Below are positions 1 to 9,595 of a stretch of 64,000 nucleotides of DNA, in pieces; position 1 is the stretch's first letter; each line of letters starts with the position of its first letter. The translations under genes were made by a program, and so were the position numbers. The DNA is taken from the IMG/VR virus record IMGVR_UViG_3300042541_001760, positions 197,053 to 261,052 of that record, one strand, 5' to 3'. The notes below the pieces were generated by a model. It was not told the DNA's origin, did no database searches, and was given only the letters and a program-made list of their open reading frames with translations.

Positions 1-414
1 ATCTCTCCATACAACAGGAAAATATTGTTTGTATTTTGTGAATTTTTTAAGGTCATCTGTTAATTTAAACAAATCCTCCATAAATAAATCACGTGCTCTT
101 TCAACACTACCTGAGTCGTCAGTTTCGGGACTCTCATAGTTCTTTAACATCCAATTAACATATTGACCCGGTTGAATCTTTTTTAAATTCTCAGGACTAA
201 AATCCGCATCGTTAAAATCCGCAGGTTTTTTTGTGGTTGGATCGGCAAATATGATATCTGCCAATTTATTTATATCCATTAAAGCTTTTGAGCCTTTACC
301 GGGTATTACATCTTTCTTAGGTTTTGTATATTTGTCAATCAATACATCAAAACGACTTTGTTCCGTTAGAATATTACGTAACAATGTGTTTAATTTTATA
401 TTTTTAATTTTCAT
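1..414 (-). CDS. N-terminal fragment (runs off the window) of a putative virion protein, probably related to the 445-2259 protein
   Basis: Not in the ORF track. Manual translation from ATG at 414 stays open to position 1: MKIKNIKLNTLLRNILTEQSRFDVLIDKY...GQYVNWMLKNYE...FMEDLFKLTDDLKKFTKYKQYFPVVWRD. Confidence 0.75.
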   Translation of the reverse strand, partial: MKIKNIKLNTLLRNILTEQSRFDVLIDKYTKPKKDVIPGKGSKALMDINKLADIIFADPTTKKPADFNDADFSPENLKKIQPGQYVNWMLKNYESPETDDSGSVERARDLFMEDLFKLTDDLKKFTKYKQYFPVVWRD

Positions 415-444
415 ATCTATTATATATTTTGCTAAGTTATTAAA

Positions 445-2259
445 TTAATACCAAATATAAAAACCGGGACCTTCTTCTTTCATCCTTGCTCTTACTTCTT
501 CGGGTATGATTATATCAGGATTAGATCCCTCCAATAGGATGAAATCTAACTCTTCTAATTTTGCTAATGATTTGGGTAATGACTTTAGTCTAGGGTTGTT
601 GGGTAATCCTAAAACAGATAACCTACTTAGATTACCAATTGATTCGGGTAACTCCTCAACAACGCCAGTCAAACTTAAATTCTCAAGATTACTAAATCTA
701 TCTATGTCGTTTGGTATATCTATTTTTATTGACCCATCTTTACTCTTATTCTTTATTACTAACTCAGTGATGGTGTCAGGTAATGAATCAAAAAGTTCTT
801 TTAATCCATATAGGGCAATGTATTTACCTTCGTTTGATGATGGTAACTCAATTACTGCTGAGTCCTTGAATACAAAATTGGTTGCGAACTTAGTTTTAAG
901 GGATTCTTTTAGTTTGGCCATCATAGGTAAATTTAGTATGGCTATCTCACCTTCACTTAAACTACCAATATTCTTGTTAGATAAAGCCTCAACTTTTTTC
1001 TTTAGGTAGTATTTCATTGTGTCAGAATCAGAGTTCCTAACTTGACCTGCGGTTAATTCGTGACCTAAAGCAATATATTTCTTTCTTAAATTTGGTGTTA
1101 GGCTATTGAATTGTTCATCACTTACTTTCCTATTAACAATCTCTAACCAATACTCAACCTCATTTTCATTAGCGAAAGTATCAAAGAGATTATCACCGAC
1201 TTTTGAGTTTCTTATTTTATCTATAAGTACTTTTTCGTCAGATGTTAATGGTTTTGGTTTGAATACGCCCTCCAATCCTTTTAATTTAGGTATTTTAGTT
1301 AATATCTCACTCCAAGGAATATTGTTATGACCTGAATATCTACCTGAGTTTGTACCATCCGCCAATGACATATCCCCATCAGGGTCAACCAATATAACAA
1401 CCGCAAAGTTTACATCAGAATAATCCTTATCTTGGTCTATCACATAGTATAATGTTCTCTCGTTGTCTAATCTATAGTTATAGAATAAGTTTGATGTTCC
1501 CTCACGAGATGTACACCAACTTCTACCATTCTTTAACTTAATACACTGGTCTCTCGTCTTTGGTTGGAATATTAATAAGTTATTCTCATTGTATACTTCC
1601 TCAATATCAGATACATCTGTTTTTGTTTCTGTGTCGTCGGATTTAACTGACGCATCAATATAATGTTCAAAATCTGTAAAACTTAGTGAGGTTGCCAATG
1701 GCATTTGCTCATATAACTGATTAAAGTTATCCAAGTACGCTTGAACATAATACATTATTACATCTTCCGTTAGATTTGGATTCTCTTTCTTAAATTTCTC
1801 TGACAATATTTTTAGTAGAAACTTGGGGTAAGATTGGTCAATAACTTTTTGTAAATCCAAGAATTTATACTTGGTGATGTCCTTACCTTTACCGAATGCG
1901 TCCTCAATCTCCAAAAACTTTCTAATGGTTTTCTTAAGAGACACATTTTCAATACCCCCTTCTTTCTTTTTGAACTCCTTAAAAAGATCGGATTCTCTTT
2001 TTTGAGTTCTCTTTAAAGCAATAATGTTTTTTAATTCACTATATGAATATCTTGATAAATCTCTTTTCTCAACAGGTAACCCGTTTTTGTATTTTTCAAA
2101 ATCGTCAATGTATCCACCTATGGTTTTTTCGTCATCCTTAGTATCTTGTAAAAATTTACCGATTAACTTCGCTTTTATTTTATCGGATACTTCTTTAAGT
2201 AACTTTTTAGGTAACGGGCTTTCAACCACAACGGACGATAATAAATTTACTAACTTCAT
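445..2259 (-). CDS. 604-aa putative virion protein with C-terminal leucine-rich repeats
   Basis: LRR-like LxxLPxxIGxLxxLxxLxL segments (ELPESIGNLSRLSVLGLPNNPRLKSLPKSLAKLEELDFILLEG); central WCTS motif; upstream TATTTATA motif. Confidence 0.7.
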   Translation of the reverse strand: MKLVNLLSSVVVESPLPKKLLKEVSDKIKAKLIGKFLQDTKDDEKTIGGYIDDFEKYKNGLPVEKRDLSRYSYSELKNIIALKRTQKRESDLFKEFKKKEGGIENVSLKKTIRKFLEIEDAFGKGKDITKYKFLDLQKVIDQSYPKFLLKILSEKFKKENPNLTEDVIMYYVQAYLDNFNQLYEQMPLATSLSFTDFEHYIDASVKSDDTETKTDVSDIEEVYNENNLLIFQPKTRDQCIKLKNGRSWCTSREGTSNLFYNYRLDNERTLYYVIDQDKDYSDVNFAVVILVDPDGDMSLADGTNSGRYSGHNNIPWSEILTKIPKLKGLEGVFKPKPLTSDEKVLIDKIRNSKVGDNLFDTFANENEVEYWLEIVNRKVSDEQFNSLTPNLRKKYIALGHELTAGQVRNSDSDTMKYYLKKKVEALSNKNIGSLSEGEIAILNLPMMAKLKESLKTKFATNFVFKDSAVIELPSSNEGKYIALYGLKELFDSLPDTITELVIKNKSKDGSIKIDIPNDIDRFSNLENLSLTGVVEELPESIGNLSRLSVLGLPNNPRLKSLPKSLAKLEELDFILLEGSNPDIIIPEEVRARMKEEGPGFYIWY

Positions 2260-2304
2260 TTTATATATGTAATTTATTATAAATACCTATAAAGTCAGAA
2301 AAAA

Positions 2305-3150
2305 TTAATAGTTCATAATCAAAAGTTCTTCCCCCATAGATTGTTTACCACCTTTTTTTGCTCCTGCCGCTTTTGCGAACTCTTTACTCTCCCATCTATA
2401 CTTATCTTTTGGAAACCATTCCTCCAATTTATCAAAATAATAGTATGACATTGAGAACTTACCTTTCATATTTCTTAGGGTGTCTGCCAGTCTTTCGTGG
2501 TCACTTAATCCGAATCCGTGATTGGAATAATAGTCCTCCGTCTTGTAGTATGGAGCGTCAACATACACATAAAAATTCTCATCGTCATATTTCTCAATGA
2601 ACTTTTGAAAATCCATATTCTCAACGATATTGATGCTCTTAAATTTCTTAATCCACTCAGGATGTTTTAATTTATCTCTGAATGTTAGAAACTTAGATTT
2701 ATACTTACCCTTCAAATCAATGTAGTTACTTTTCTCAGGTTTACTACCTGAAAATACTTGTGTTAAGATGTAAGCGTATTGAGCGGCAACCTCATAATTA
2801 GGTTCATCACCAACCACAAAATTGGGATCGTATAACTTTGTTTGGAACTCTTTGAATAGTTTTGGTAACTCAGGTGATGTATTGGGGTCGTCTTTCTGTT
2901 GGCAAGGTATGTTCTCAACCTCAACCAACAATAGTTCGGGGTTCTTTAAACACTTAAAAAAATTAGTGTTAAGTGGATTAAAGTCATTATATATGACGTT
3001 GGTAAGATTTGGGAAGTTCACCATATCCATATTAAAGAAACACCAAAACATTCCACCGAAGCATTCTGAGTAATTAGTTATGTTTGAAGGGTAGTGTGGG
3101 GTAATCCATTTTGAGATTCGGGACTTACCTCCGATGTATGAAACTGGCAT
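2305..3150 (-). CDS. dam: Dam-like (D12 class) DNA adenine methyltransferase
   Basis: N-terminal YIGGKS, motif-I-like ECFGG, catalytic motif variant VYVDAPYY, and DHERL/KFSMSYY blocks typical of the family. Confidence 0.85.
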   Translation of the reverse strand: MPVSYIGGKSRISKWITPHYPSNITNYSECFGGMFWCFFNMDMVNFPNLTNVIYNDFNPLNTNFFKCLKNPELLLVEVENIPCQQKDDPNTSPELPKLFKEFQTKLYDPNFVVGDEPNYEVAAQYAYILTQVFSGSKPEKSNYIDLKGKYKSKFLTFRDKLKHPEWIKKFKSINIVENMDFQKFIEKYDDENFYVYVDAPYYKTEDYYSNHGFGLSDHERLADTLRNMKGKFSMSYYYFDKLEEWFPKDKYRWESKEFAKAAGAKKGGKQSMGEELLIMNY

Positions 3151-3199
3151 AATATTTTTTATAGAAGTATAACCAATTTATTAGACTTAATCAACCTTC

Positions 3200-3319
3200 T
3201 TAGTCGTTTTTGTTACCCTTACGAGAGTAAACCTTACCCGAAGGTTTAACCTTCTGAATCATCTTTCTACGTATGATTTGTGCCGTATGTCTTTCAGATA
3301 GTCCGTTAAAAGTCATCAT
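3200..3319 (-). CDS. 39-aa basic small protein missed by the ORF track
   Basis: Manual translation MMTFNGLSERHTAQIIRRKMIQKVKPSGKVYSRKGNKND*; TATCTTTG promoter-like element at 3354-3361. Confidence 0.6.
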   Translation of the reverse strand: MMTFNGLSERHTAQIIRRKMIQKVKPSGKVYSRKGNKND

Positions 3320-3424
3320 AGTTTCTAAGTTTTTAGGGTGGTTGATTGTTTTACAAAGATACAATAAATATCATTACCACCAAATCTTATTTAAATAAAA
3401 TTTACAAATACAGGTAGAACCCCT

Positions 3425-3634
3425 ATGTTTGTTAAAAATAAAAATATTATGGAAAATATCGTAGAAACACTATTCGCAAAAGACAACTCAAAACCTGAAG
3501 GTGAGTGTAAAACATGTAAAAATAAAGTCAACCCGTTACAAAGTGGTTTAATTTGGTTCTCAGTTTGGATGTTAATAATGTCATTATATGGTCACGTAGT
3601 TTTTTTTAAAAAAATATTTGGTCTTATTTTTTAA
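3425..3634 (+). CDS. Small membrane protein with CxxC
   Basis: CKTC followed by a hydrophobic C-terminal helix; convergent with dnaJ. Confidence 0.55.
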   Translation: MFVKNKNIMENIVETLFAKDNSKPEGECKTCKNKVNPLQSGLIWFSVWMLIMSLYGHVVFFKKIFGLIF

Positions 3635-4568
3635 ATCTGACATTCAATCTGACATACATATCCCCTAACCCGTTGTTCCTGAACCCCTTTGATTTTAATC
3701 TTAGGGGTTTTGTTGTATCAAACTCATCTGGCATCTTAATAGCCAACTTACCATCAGGGTGTGGTATCTCAAAACTATCCGACTTTAACTCATCAAGATT
3801 AAAAAACTTATTGTATATGAGATCGTTATTAACCTTCTCAAAATCTTCCAATGGTTGGACATTAAATTTTATGAGTAAGTTACCATAACTACCATTTATA
3901 AAATCCCCTTTACCTTGAGCCTTAATGAATTGTCCATTATCAATTCCGTGAGGTATGGCAATATTAATTGAGTCCATCATATCTTTTGTTCCTGAACCAA
4001 CACAAGAGTGGCAGGTGGTCTTAAATGTAAATCCTCTACCACCACATCCATTACAAGCGGTTCTAACCATCTGAACAAACATACCGGTACCTACTCTTTG
4101 TGTTATTGATCCGGCGCCACCGCACATTCCACATTGTATCCTTTCTCCACCACTACCACTACAATCCTGACATTGGTGTTTTCTATTATATACTATATTT
4201 TTTTGAGCTGACTTATATGAATCCAATACACTTATATTAACATCAACCACTTTATCAGGGGCTTGTCTTTGTTGTTGTTGGGGATTACCTCCACGACCAC
4301 CACCGAAGAACTGAGCAAACAAATCTTCCATAGATCCACCTCCACCACCAAATCCTGCCATTGGGTTGTTTCTTTGGTTATCGTATCGTTTTCGTTTATT
4401 ATCGTCTCCAATCGTATCATAAGCCTGAGCAACCTCCTTGAATATATTCTCATCCCCTCCTTTATCGGGGTGATGCTCAACCGCTTTCTTCCTATACGCT
4501 TTTTTTATTTCATCTTGGGTTGCGGTTTCGGAAACTCCTAACACTTCATAATAATTGGGTTGTGCCAT
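3624..4568 (-). CDS. dnaJ: DnaJ/Hsp40 co-chaperone
   Basis: J-domain (NYYEVLGV...HHPDKGG), G/F-rich linker, four CxxCxGxG motifs, C-terminal substrate-binding domain. Confidence 0.97.
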   Translation of the reverse strand: MAQPNYYEVLGVSETATQDEIKKAYRKKAVEHHPDKGGDENIFKEVAQAYDTIGDDNKRKRYDNQRNNPMAGFGGGGGSMEDLFAQFFGGGRGGNPQQQQRQAPDKVVDVNISVLDSYKSAQKNIVYNRKHQCQDCSGSGGERIQCGMCGGAGSITQRVGTGMFVQMVRTACNGCGGRGFTFKTTCHSCVGSGTKDMMDSINIAIPHGIDNGQFIKAQGKGDFINGSYGNLLIKFNVQPLEDFEKVNNDLIYNKFFNLDELKSDSFEIPHPDGKLAIKMPDEFDTTKPLRLKSKGFRNNGLGDMYVRLNVRFKK

Positions 4569-4607
4569 AATGATTTACTTAATCTTATAATTGTGGTATT
4601 TTATAAT

Positions 4608-5258
4608 ATGGATAATAATTTTTTGGTTGTCTTATTCAAGAATAGAGTAAAACAAAAAATACTAAACAAATTTAAAACTTATAAGCGAGTTAATCAATAC
4701 TTCAAAGATTTGGAGAAGGAGAGTAATGCCGTTATATTCGATCGACATTACGATAATGGTGTTAAGTGTGACTATCAATTGGGATTACTACAAAAAAGTA
4801 ATGTGGGTAAATCTATGGTATATATGGTAGATTCCCTGGGTCGTAACATCAAGATAGAGTTTGAGGATCCCGATTACGAATTAGTTAAGATGGTAAATTA
4901 TAATTTTGAGGAGTTGATATTTGATAACCAAAAAAAGAAAAGGATAACAATTGATAAATTTATGTTAAAATATTTATCCAAGCCAGGACTTAAGATGATA
5001 TCAAAATTGAACCACAGGATTATAGTTCAATTGGATGAATTGATATGGTTATTTACTTTGAAAACTGAGGATGATGGTGATAGGTTCATTAACCAACTAT
5101 CGGAACATTTCTCTTCGTTGGGTAGGATGGATTGTATTTTGGTTAGGGATTGTTCTACCGATCAAAGAAAATACCTTTACTCCTTATTAGAGGAGTCAGG
5201 TATTCCTAAGACGATGTTGTATCGTCAGTCAACGACGTTTCCATCCTCAACCCGTTAA
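4608..5258 (+). CDS. Hypothetical protein
   Basis: Long ORF divergent from dnaJ; ATG 4608 preferred because the track start (4560) overlaps the dnaJ start. Confidence 0.7.
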   Translation: MDNNFLVVLFKNRVKQKILNKFKTYKRVNQYFKDLEKESNAVIFDRHYDNGVKCDYQLGLLQKSNVGKSMVYMVDSLGRNIKIEFEDPDYELVKMVNYNFEELIFDNQKKKRITIDKFMLKYLSKPGLKMISKLNHRIIVQLDELIWLFTLKTEDDGDRFINQLSEHFSSLGRMDCILVRDCSTDQRKYLYSLLEESGIPKTMLYRQSTTFPSSTR

Positions 5259-5466
5259 TAAGGAAGATAAATTCTGTCCCCGACATATCTATCTTAAACT
5301 TATCATCTTTAAGATTTGGTTGTTTTAACATTACTTGAGTTCTTCTGAATTCCATCTCATCAAGTTCAAATATAATGGTAGACCTACCATTAAATAAATT
5401 TTGAGTTGCGTCAGCCATTAAAGCCAATTTTGCTAGAATCCCAATATCGTCGTTATCTTCTGCCAT
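5206..5466 (-). CDS. Hypothetical protein
   Basis: 86-aa ORF in a tightly packed minus-strand operon. Confidence 0.65.
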   Translation of the reverse strand: MAEDNDDIGILAKLALMADATQNLFNGRSTIIFELDEMEFRRTQVMLKQPNLKDDKFKIDMSGTEFIFLINGLRMETSLTDDTTSS

Positions 5467-5654
5467 AATGTCAATTTTTTTGGTGTCGTGTTAACGATTT
5501 CCTCTTTTCTTACTTTTTTTATTGAATTAATAAATTCTTCCTTAACCTTTAAGATGCTTAATTCATCTTTTTTGGTTTGGGATTCATACCAAGCAAGAAT
5601 ATCTTTTTCTTCAGTTTGTTGCTGGCTCTGCGTCTGTGAGTTCTTCATCTTCAA
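5433..5654 (-). CDS. Hypothetical protein
   Basis: 73-aa ORF overlapping neighbours, operon-like packing. Confidence 0.6.
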   Translation of the reverse strand: MKMKNSQTQSQQQTEEKDILAWYESQTKKDELSILKVKEEFINSIKKVRKEEIVNTTPKKLTLWQKITTILGF

Positions 5655-6033
5655 ATTCTACTTTTTTTGATGTGATGTCAAATTTCAAATTCTTTAAATT
5701 GTCAAGGTTCTGCTTATCAAACATTTTTCTTAATTCACTAACCTTATCATCAAATAACTTTTCCTTCTCTTCTCTCTCTTTATTATATCTAATAACATTT
5801 TGGATGTTTGAAAGGATATTATCTACCGCCTGTTCTTCAAATTCACTCACAAAGGAGAAGAATCTATGGTCAGGTAACTGACTCTCATTCTCAACTATTG
5901 AGTTTTCAGGAATATACTTCTTTGGTAGTTTCCAAGAATTTGGAAACATAACATCAATAGATAGGTGGGTCTTTAGTTTCCTAATTGAGTGTAGATAAGG
6001 AAACAATATAGTTACTTCTTGATAGAGAGTCAT
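5611..6033 (-). CDS. Hypothetical protein with coiled coil
   Basis: 140-aa ORF with a charged heptad-rich C-terminal half. Confidence 0.7.
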   Translation of the reverse strand: MTLYQEVTILFPYLHSIRKLKTHLSIDVMFPNSWKLPKKYIPENSIVENESQLPDHRFFSFVSEFEEQAVDNILSNIQNVIRYNKEREEKEKLFDDKVSELRKMFDKQNLDNLKNLKFDITSKKVEFEDEELTDAEPATN

Positions 6034-6224
6034 AATAGTGTTTGTATAATGTAAGTTAATATATATGACAATGCGAGTCCGTTTGAAATTAGTGCCGTAT
6101 TACTATGATGCACCTTTTCAGGAATCTCTTGTAACACGGCACTTATAATTTTAACAAAATTTCTCGTGATTGTCAAAATTGAGAATATGAATATAAACAA
6201 AAATAGGGTATTAATATTAAACAT
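6030..6224 (-). CDS. Small two-helix membrane protein
   Basis: Two hydrophobic segments; short overlaps with both neighbours. Confidence 0.6.
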   Translation of the reverse strand: MFNINTLFLFIFIFSILTITRNFVKIISAVLQEIPEKVHHSNTALISNGLALSYILTYIIQTLL

Positions 6225-6399
6225 TTTCTCTGCTTTTTCTTTCCTCTAGAATTTCTTTTCTTAGGGTTTGTAAAAGTTCTTTAAGATCTTGAGCGGTATT
6301 TCTTACTCTCGTACCAGCACTTTTGTTACCACCGTAAAATTTGTCCGCATCATTTGATAGAGATTCGGTCAATTCTTTGATTTTTCCAATTGTTTCCAT
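6217..6399 (-). CDS. Histone H1-like (Hc1 family) small protein
   Basis: 60 aa with GNKSAGTRVR and LKELLQTLRKEILE, matching the GNKAAGTRARK core of short Hc1-family proteins. Confidence 0.75.
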   Translation of the reverse strand: METIGKIKELTESLSNDADKFYGGNKSAGTRVRNTAQDLKELLQTLRKEILEERKSRENV

Positions 6400-6478
6400 A
6401 ATAATTTTTTAATTATAACTTGTTTATTTTTATTAAATCTTAACTTTTTTATAGTCATAGTAAAGATTTTAATATGTT

Positions 6479-6946
6479 TTATTTTTTAAGATTCTTGTCT
6501 AAAGACTTATACAGGTCGGTTAACATATCAATATCCGATTTAGTGAATGGTTTTTTTAAGTCAAATAAATCCTCAAAAAAAACACCTATTTGGTCTTTAA
6601 CCTTCTGTTCCTTTTGGTTGTAATAGACCTCATCAAAAAAGGATTTAAAATGGTCATAGTGTTCTCCTCTCGAATAGAACTTAACATTTTCCTTATTGAA
6701 ATTTTCAATTGACTTTTTCCAACACCAATCAAAATGTTTGGTATTATCCTCTTCCGTTAATTTAATGTTGGATTCGTTGGACTTATCATCCTCACCTAAA
6801 TATGTGTTAAGTATTAACTTATATAACGAACTTGTAAAGTCAGAATATAGGTCTACTTTCTCAGGTATAATGTTGTTTATATTCAACCATACTTGAACGT
6901 CATCGGGGTGTACCGGCTTTGATATGTAGTTAAAAAAATTCTCCAT
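6479..6946 (-). CDS. Hypothetical protein
   Basis: 155-aa ORF with TTCACA-N16-TATACT upstream. Confidence 0.7.
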   Translation of the reverse strand: MENFFNYISKPVHPDDVQVWLNINNIIPEKVDLYSDFTSSLYKLILNTYLGEDDKSNESNIKLTEEDNTKHFDWCWKKSIENFNKENVKFYSRGEHYDHFKSFFDEVYYNQKEQKVKDQIGVFFEDLFDLKKPFTKSDIDMLTDLYKSLDKNLKK

Positions 6947-7001
6947 AGGTATTTCCTATGGAGAAAGTATAAGGTTAGATTTAATAATGTGAATAAATAA
7001 A

Positions 7002-8300
7002 TTACTGTGTTTTTCTATTGTAATTCAGTAAGTTACTCATTTTATTTATTTCTTCGTTCAACAACTTAGTTTTCTTATCTTGTGTTGACTCTAATTGATT
7101 CATAATCTTATTAGCCTTTGTGTTACTTTTATTAGTAGTGTTTGTCTCTCCTTTAGTAACTTCACCAGCCTCATCAGTAACGACCGGTTGGGGTGATTTA
7201 TTATAGGCTTGTTTTTTAAGTGCCCCCAATAAATTATCCTTTCTGATTTTATTTCTGTTTTTATTAACAGGTGTCTCAACCGCATTTGCCCACTTAGGAT
7301 TATTACCAGTTCTAGATGAACCTTCAATATTGTCTGTTACCCAATCTTCATTCGGGTGAATTTCATCATACATTAAGTTCTCTTGACCTGCGGATGAAAA
7401 TGCTTCAACATATTCCTCAACTGCGTCAGATGCTTGGTATGTCTTTTTTGCCATCTTTTTATCCATTTGTCCGTTAGATTCAGGGAAATGTTCTGCATCC
7501 ATAGTATAATCTTCTTTAGAACCATTTTTAAGGTAGTCCTTCATCTTTTGAGTTACAGATTTAATGTAATCATCATTTTCTTTTTTAGATTTACCAATTG
7601 CCGTTTCGTATGTTGCCAATCCTTTAGGTTTTGACATTTTTTTAATATTGTCTTTCTCCTCTTTAACAATCTTTTCAATCATATCAATCATCTCATCTTC
7701 GGTTAATTTGATAGATTCTTTAACTTGATATTCTTTACCATCAACTTCAAAGTCATCATCTCCTTTACGTTTTGCTTTTGCTAATGCTCCTGTAAACGCA
7801 TTACCTTCTTCCATTTCTTCGTCAGTTTGATGTTTTTTTGACTTTCTTAACATTTTAAAATCTTCAGCGTCAATTTTGTTATTTTTATTCTTATCCATTT
7901 TTTTCTGTCCACCGAATAATGCTTCAGTCATTTCAGCACCAGCATATCTTTTGTGACTCTCACAAGCCTGTGCGTCATAATCTTCACCATCTTCATTACA
8001 AACTCTTGATAATTTTTCAGAGGGGTCGAAATCCATATCGGTACTTTCCATCATGCCACCATATCCACATTCGTTACATTGACCTTCATTCATAGTTCCA
8101 CCACATTGTTCACAAGTTTCTCCTTCTTCCATCTCTTCATCCATTGATATTTCTTGCCATTCATCCTCTGTCGTCATATCATCATCAATTTCATTGACTT
8201 TGGATTTGATTTTATTTACTAGTGATTCGGCTCTTTCTTCTAATGACTCCTTTAATGTTTTTTTAACAATTGAATCAATATAGTTATTTACGTTTTTCAT
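7002..8300 (-). CDS. Acidic putative internal head protein with CxxC pairs and an EF-hand-like loop
   Basis: CEQC/CNEC, DKNKNNKIDAEDF, many xxE segments, upstream TATTTATA motif. Confidence 0.6.
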   Translation of the reverse strand: MKNVNNYIDSIVKKTLKESLEERAESLVNKIKSKVNEIDDDMTTEDEWQEISMDEEMEEGETCEQCGGTMNEGQCNECGYGGMMESTDMDFDPSEKLSRVCNEDGEDYDAQACESHKRYAGAEMTEALFGGQKKMDKNKNNKIDAEDFKMLRKSKKHQTDEEMEEGNAFTGALAKAKRKGDDDFEVDGKEYQVKESIKLTEDEMIDMIEKIVKEEKDNIKKMSKPKGLATYETAIGKSKKENDDYIKSVTQKMKDYLKNGSKEDYTMDAEHFPESNGQMDKKMAKKTYQASDAVEEYVEAFSSAGQENLMYDEIHPNEDWVTDNIEGSSRTGNNPKWANAVETPVNKNRNKIRKDNLLGALKKQAYNKSPQPVVTDEAGEVTKGETNTTNKSNTKANKIMNQLESTQDKKTKLLNEEINKMSNLLNYNRKTQ

Positions 8301-8324
8301 AATTTTGTTTTTATATAAATATCT

Positions 8325-9347
8325 TTATTTAGTTAAAGTGTTACCTTTTTTATATTCTTTAATGATAATGTTTTTAATTGTATTTTCACTTATACCGTGT
8401 TTCTTACTTATATTCTTTATCACCTTCATAAGTAATTTATTTTCAAATATGTTCAGAGATTTAATATCCCCCTGATTACAGTATGGGAATTTTTGACATT
8501 TTTTCTTAACCTCAACAAATTTACCTCCAGGTATCTGAGTTTTAGCCGCTCCTCTCCAATTTTTCTTACTACCTGACTTAGCCCAAGCCGCAGGTGTTTC
8601 ATATGAACCGGAAGAACCTGATCCCGTCGCTTCTTTTGTTTCAATTTTCTTAGGTTTATTAACGAATCTGTCGGCACTTGAGAATAATGGACCTTCAAAA
8701 CCACCCGCGGAACCCGAACCTGTTGCTTCTGTATTCTCTTCTTTATTTTTTTTGTTTTTTAGTGATTCAAAACTTTTACGTCCTCTACCTTCGTGTTCTT
8801 CCATATTAAAATAATCTTCTATGTGTTTATCTTGTAGTTTTTGGATAAACTCAGGTCTATCATTACTTTTGTTTGGTGAAAATCTCTTATAACCGTTAAT
8901 TTTTTGTATTTTTAATACATCTTTATTTTTCTTATATAACCAATAAGGTAATTTAACATACTTGAAAGGTTCATAACCCTCAACATCACCTATTATTTCT
9001 ACTTGTGATTTTGGTAATTTTATTTTATGAATTTCTATATTAAATGGTCTTGCCCCATCCACAAACATCCTACTCTCAAACTCATTCTCAATAATATTAA
9101 TCACCTCAATTGTATTTGATTGTGAGTCGTCACTTACAATATATGAACCTATAAAAGATTTTTCTTCGGGTAGATATAATGATTTATAATAACTTAAATC
9201 ATATGTAGGTTTTGTAGATTCTTCGTCCTGTTCCGGTAAGTCAGACGGTATACGTAAAGAAGATACATATGGTGATGCCATATTTTGAGCCACCCCCGTA
9301 TTACTTTTAAATCCAGCCATAATCTTCGATCCAATTTCGTTCTTCAT
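8325..9347 (-). CDS. Hypothetical, probably virion-associated protein
   Basis: 340-aa ORF; repeated EATGSGS motifs and a KCQKFPYCNQG segment. Confidence 0.65.
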   Translation of the reverse strand: MKNEIGSKIMAGFKSNTGVAQNMASPYVSSLRIPSDLPEQDEESTKPTYDLSYYKSLYLPEEKSFIGSYIVSDDSQSNTIEVINIIENEFESRMFVDGARPFNIEIHKIKLPKSQVEIIGDVEGYEPFKYVKLPYWLYKKNKDVLKIQKINGYKRFSPNKSNDRPEFIQKLQDKHIEDYFNMEEHEGRGRKSFESLKNKKNKEENTEATGSGSAGGFEGPLFSSADRFVNKPKKIETKEATGSGSSGSYETPAAWAKSGSKKNWRGAAKTQIPGGKFVEVKKKCQKFPYCNQGDIKSLNIFENKLLMKVIKNISKKHGISENTIKNIIIKEYKKGNTLTK

Positions 9348-9348
9348 A

Positions 9349-9594
9349 TTATGCTCTCCTTATTCTTGGTTCCCAAGTTCCTTTTTGAGTCCATAGGAAT
9401 TGATAAAATTCACTAAAGCTTCTAACTATTAGTTCTTTTACGTTACCTTCCAATTTACCTCGTTTAATTTCCTTAGCAATTTCATCCATTAACTTTTCTT
9501 CAAATTGTTTAATGGTGGATGATCCCATGAAATCCCTAATCTCTTTACGGACCATAGTTTCAATTTCTTTTTTTTCGGTAGAAGTTAATGACAT
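9349..9594 (-). CDS. Hypothetical protein
   Basis: 81-aa ORF tightly packed between neighbours. Confidence 0.65.
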   Translation of the reverse strand: MSLTSTEKKEIETMVRKEIRDFMGSSTIKQFEEKLMDEIAKEIKRGKLEGNVKELIVRSFSEFYQFLWTQKGTWEPRIRRA

Positions 9595-9595
9595 A

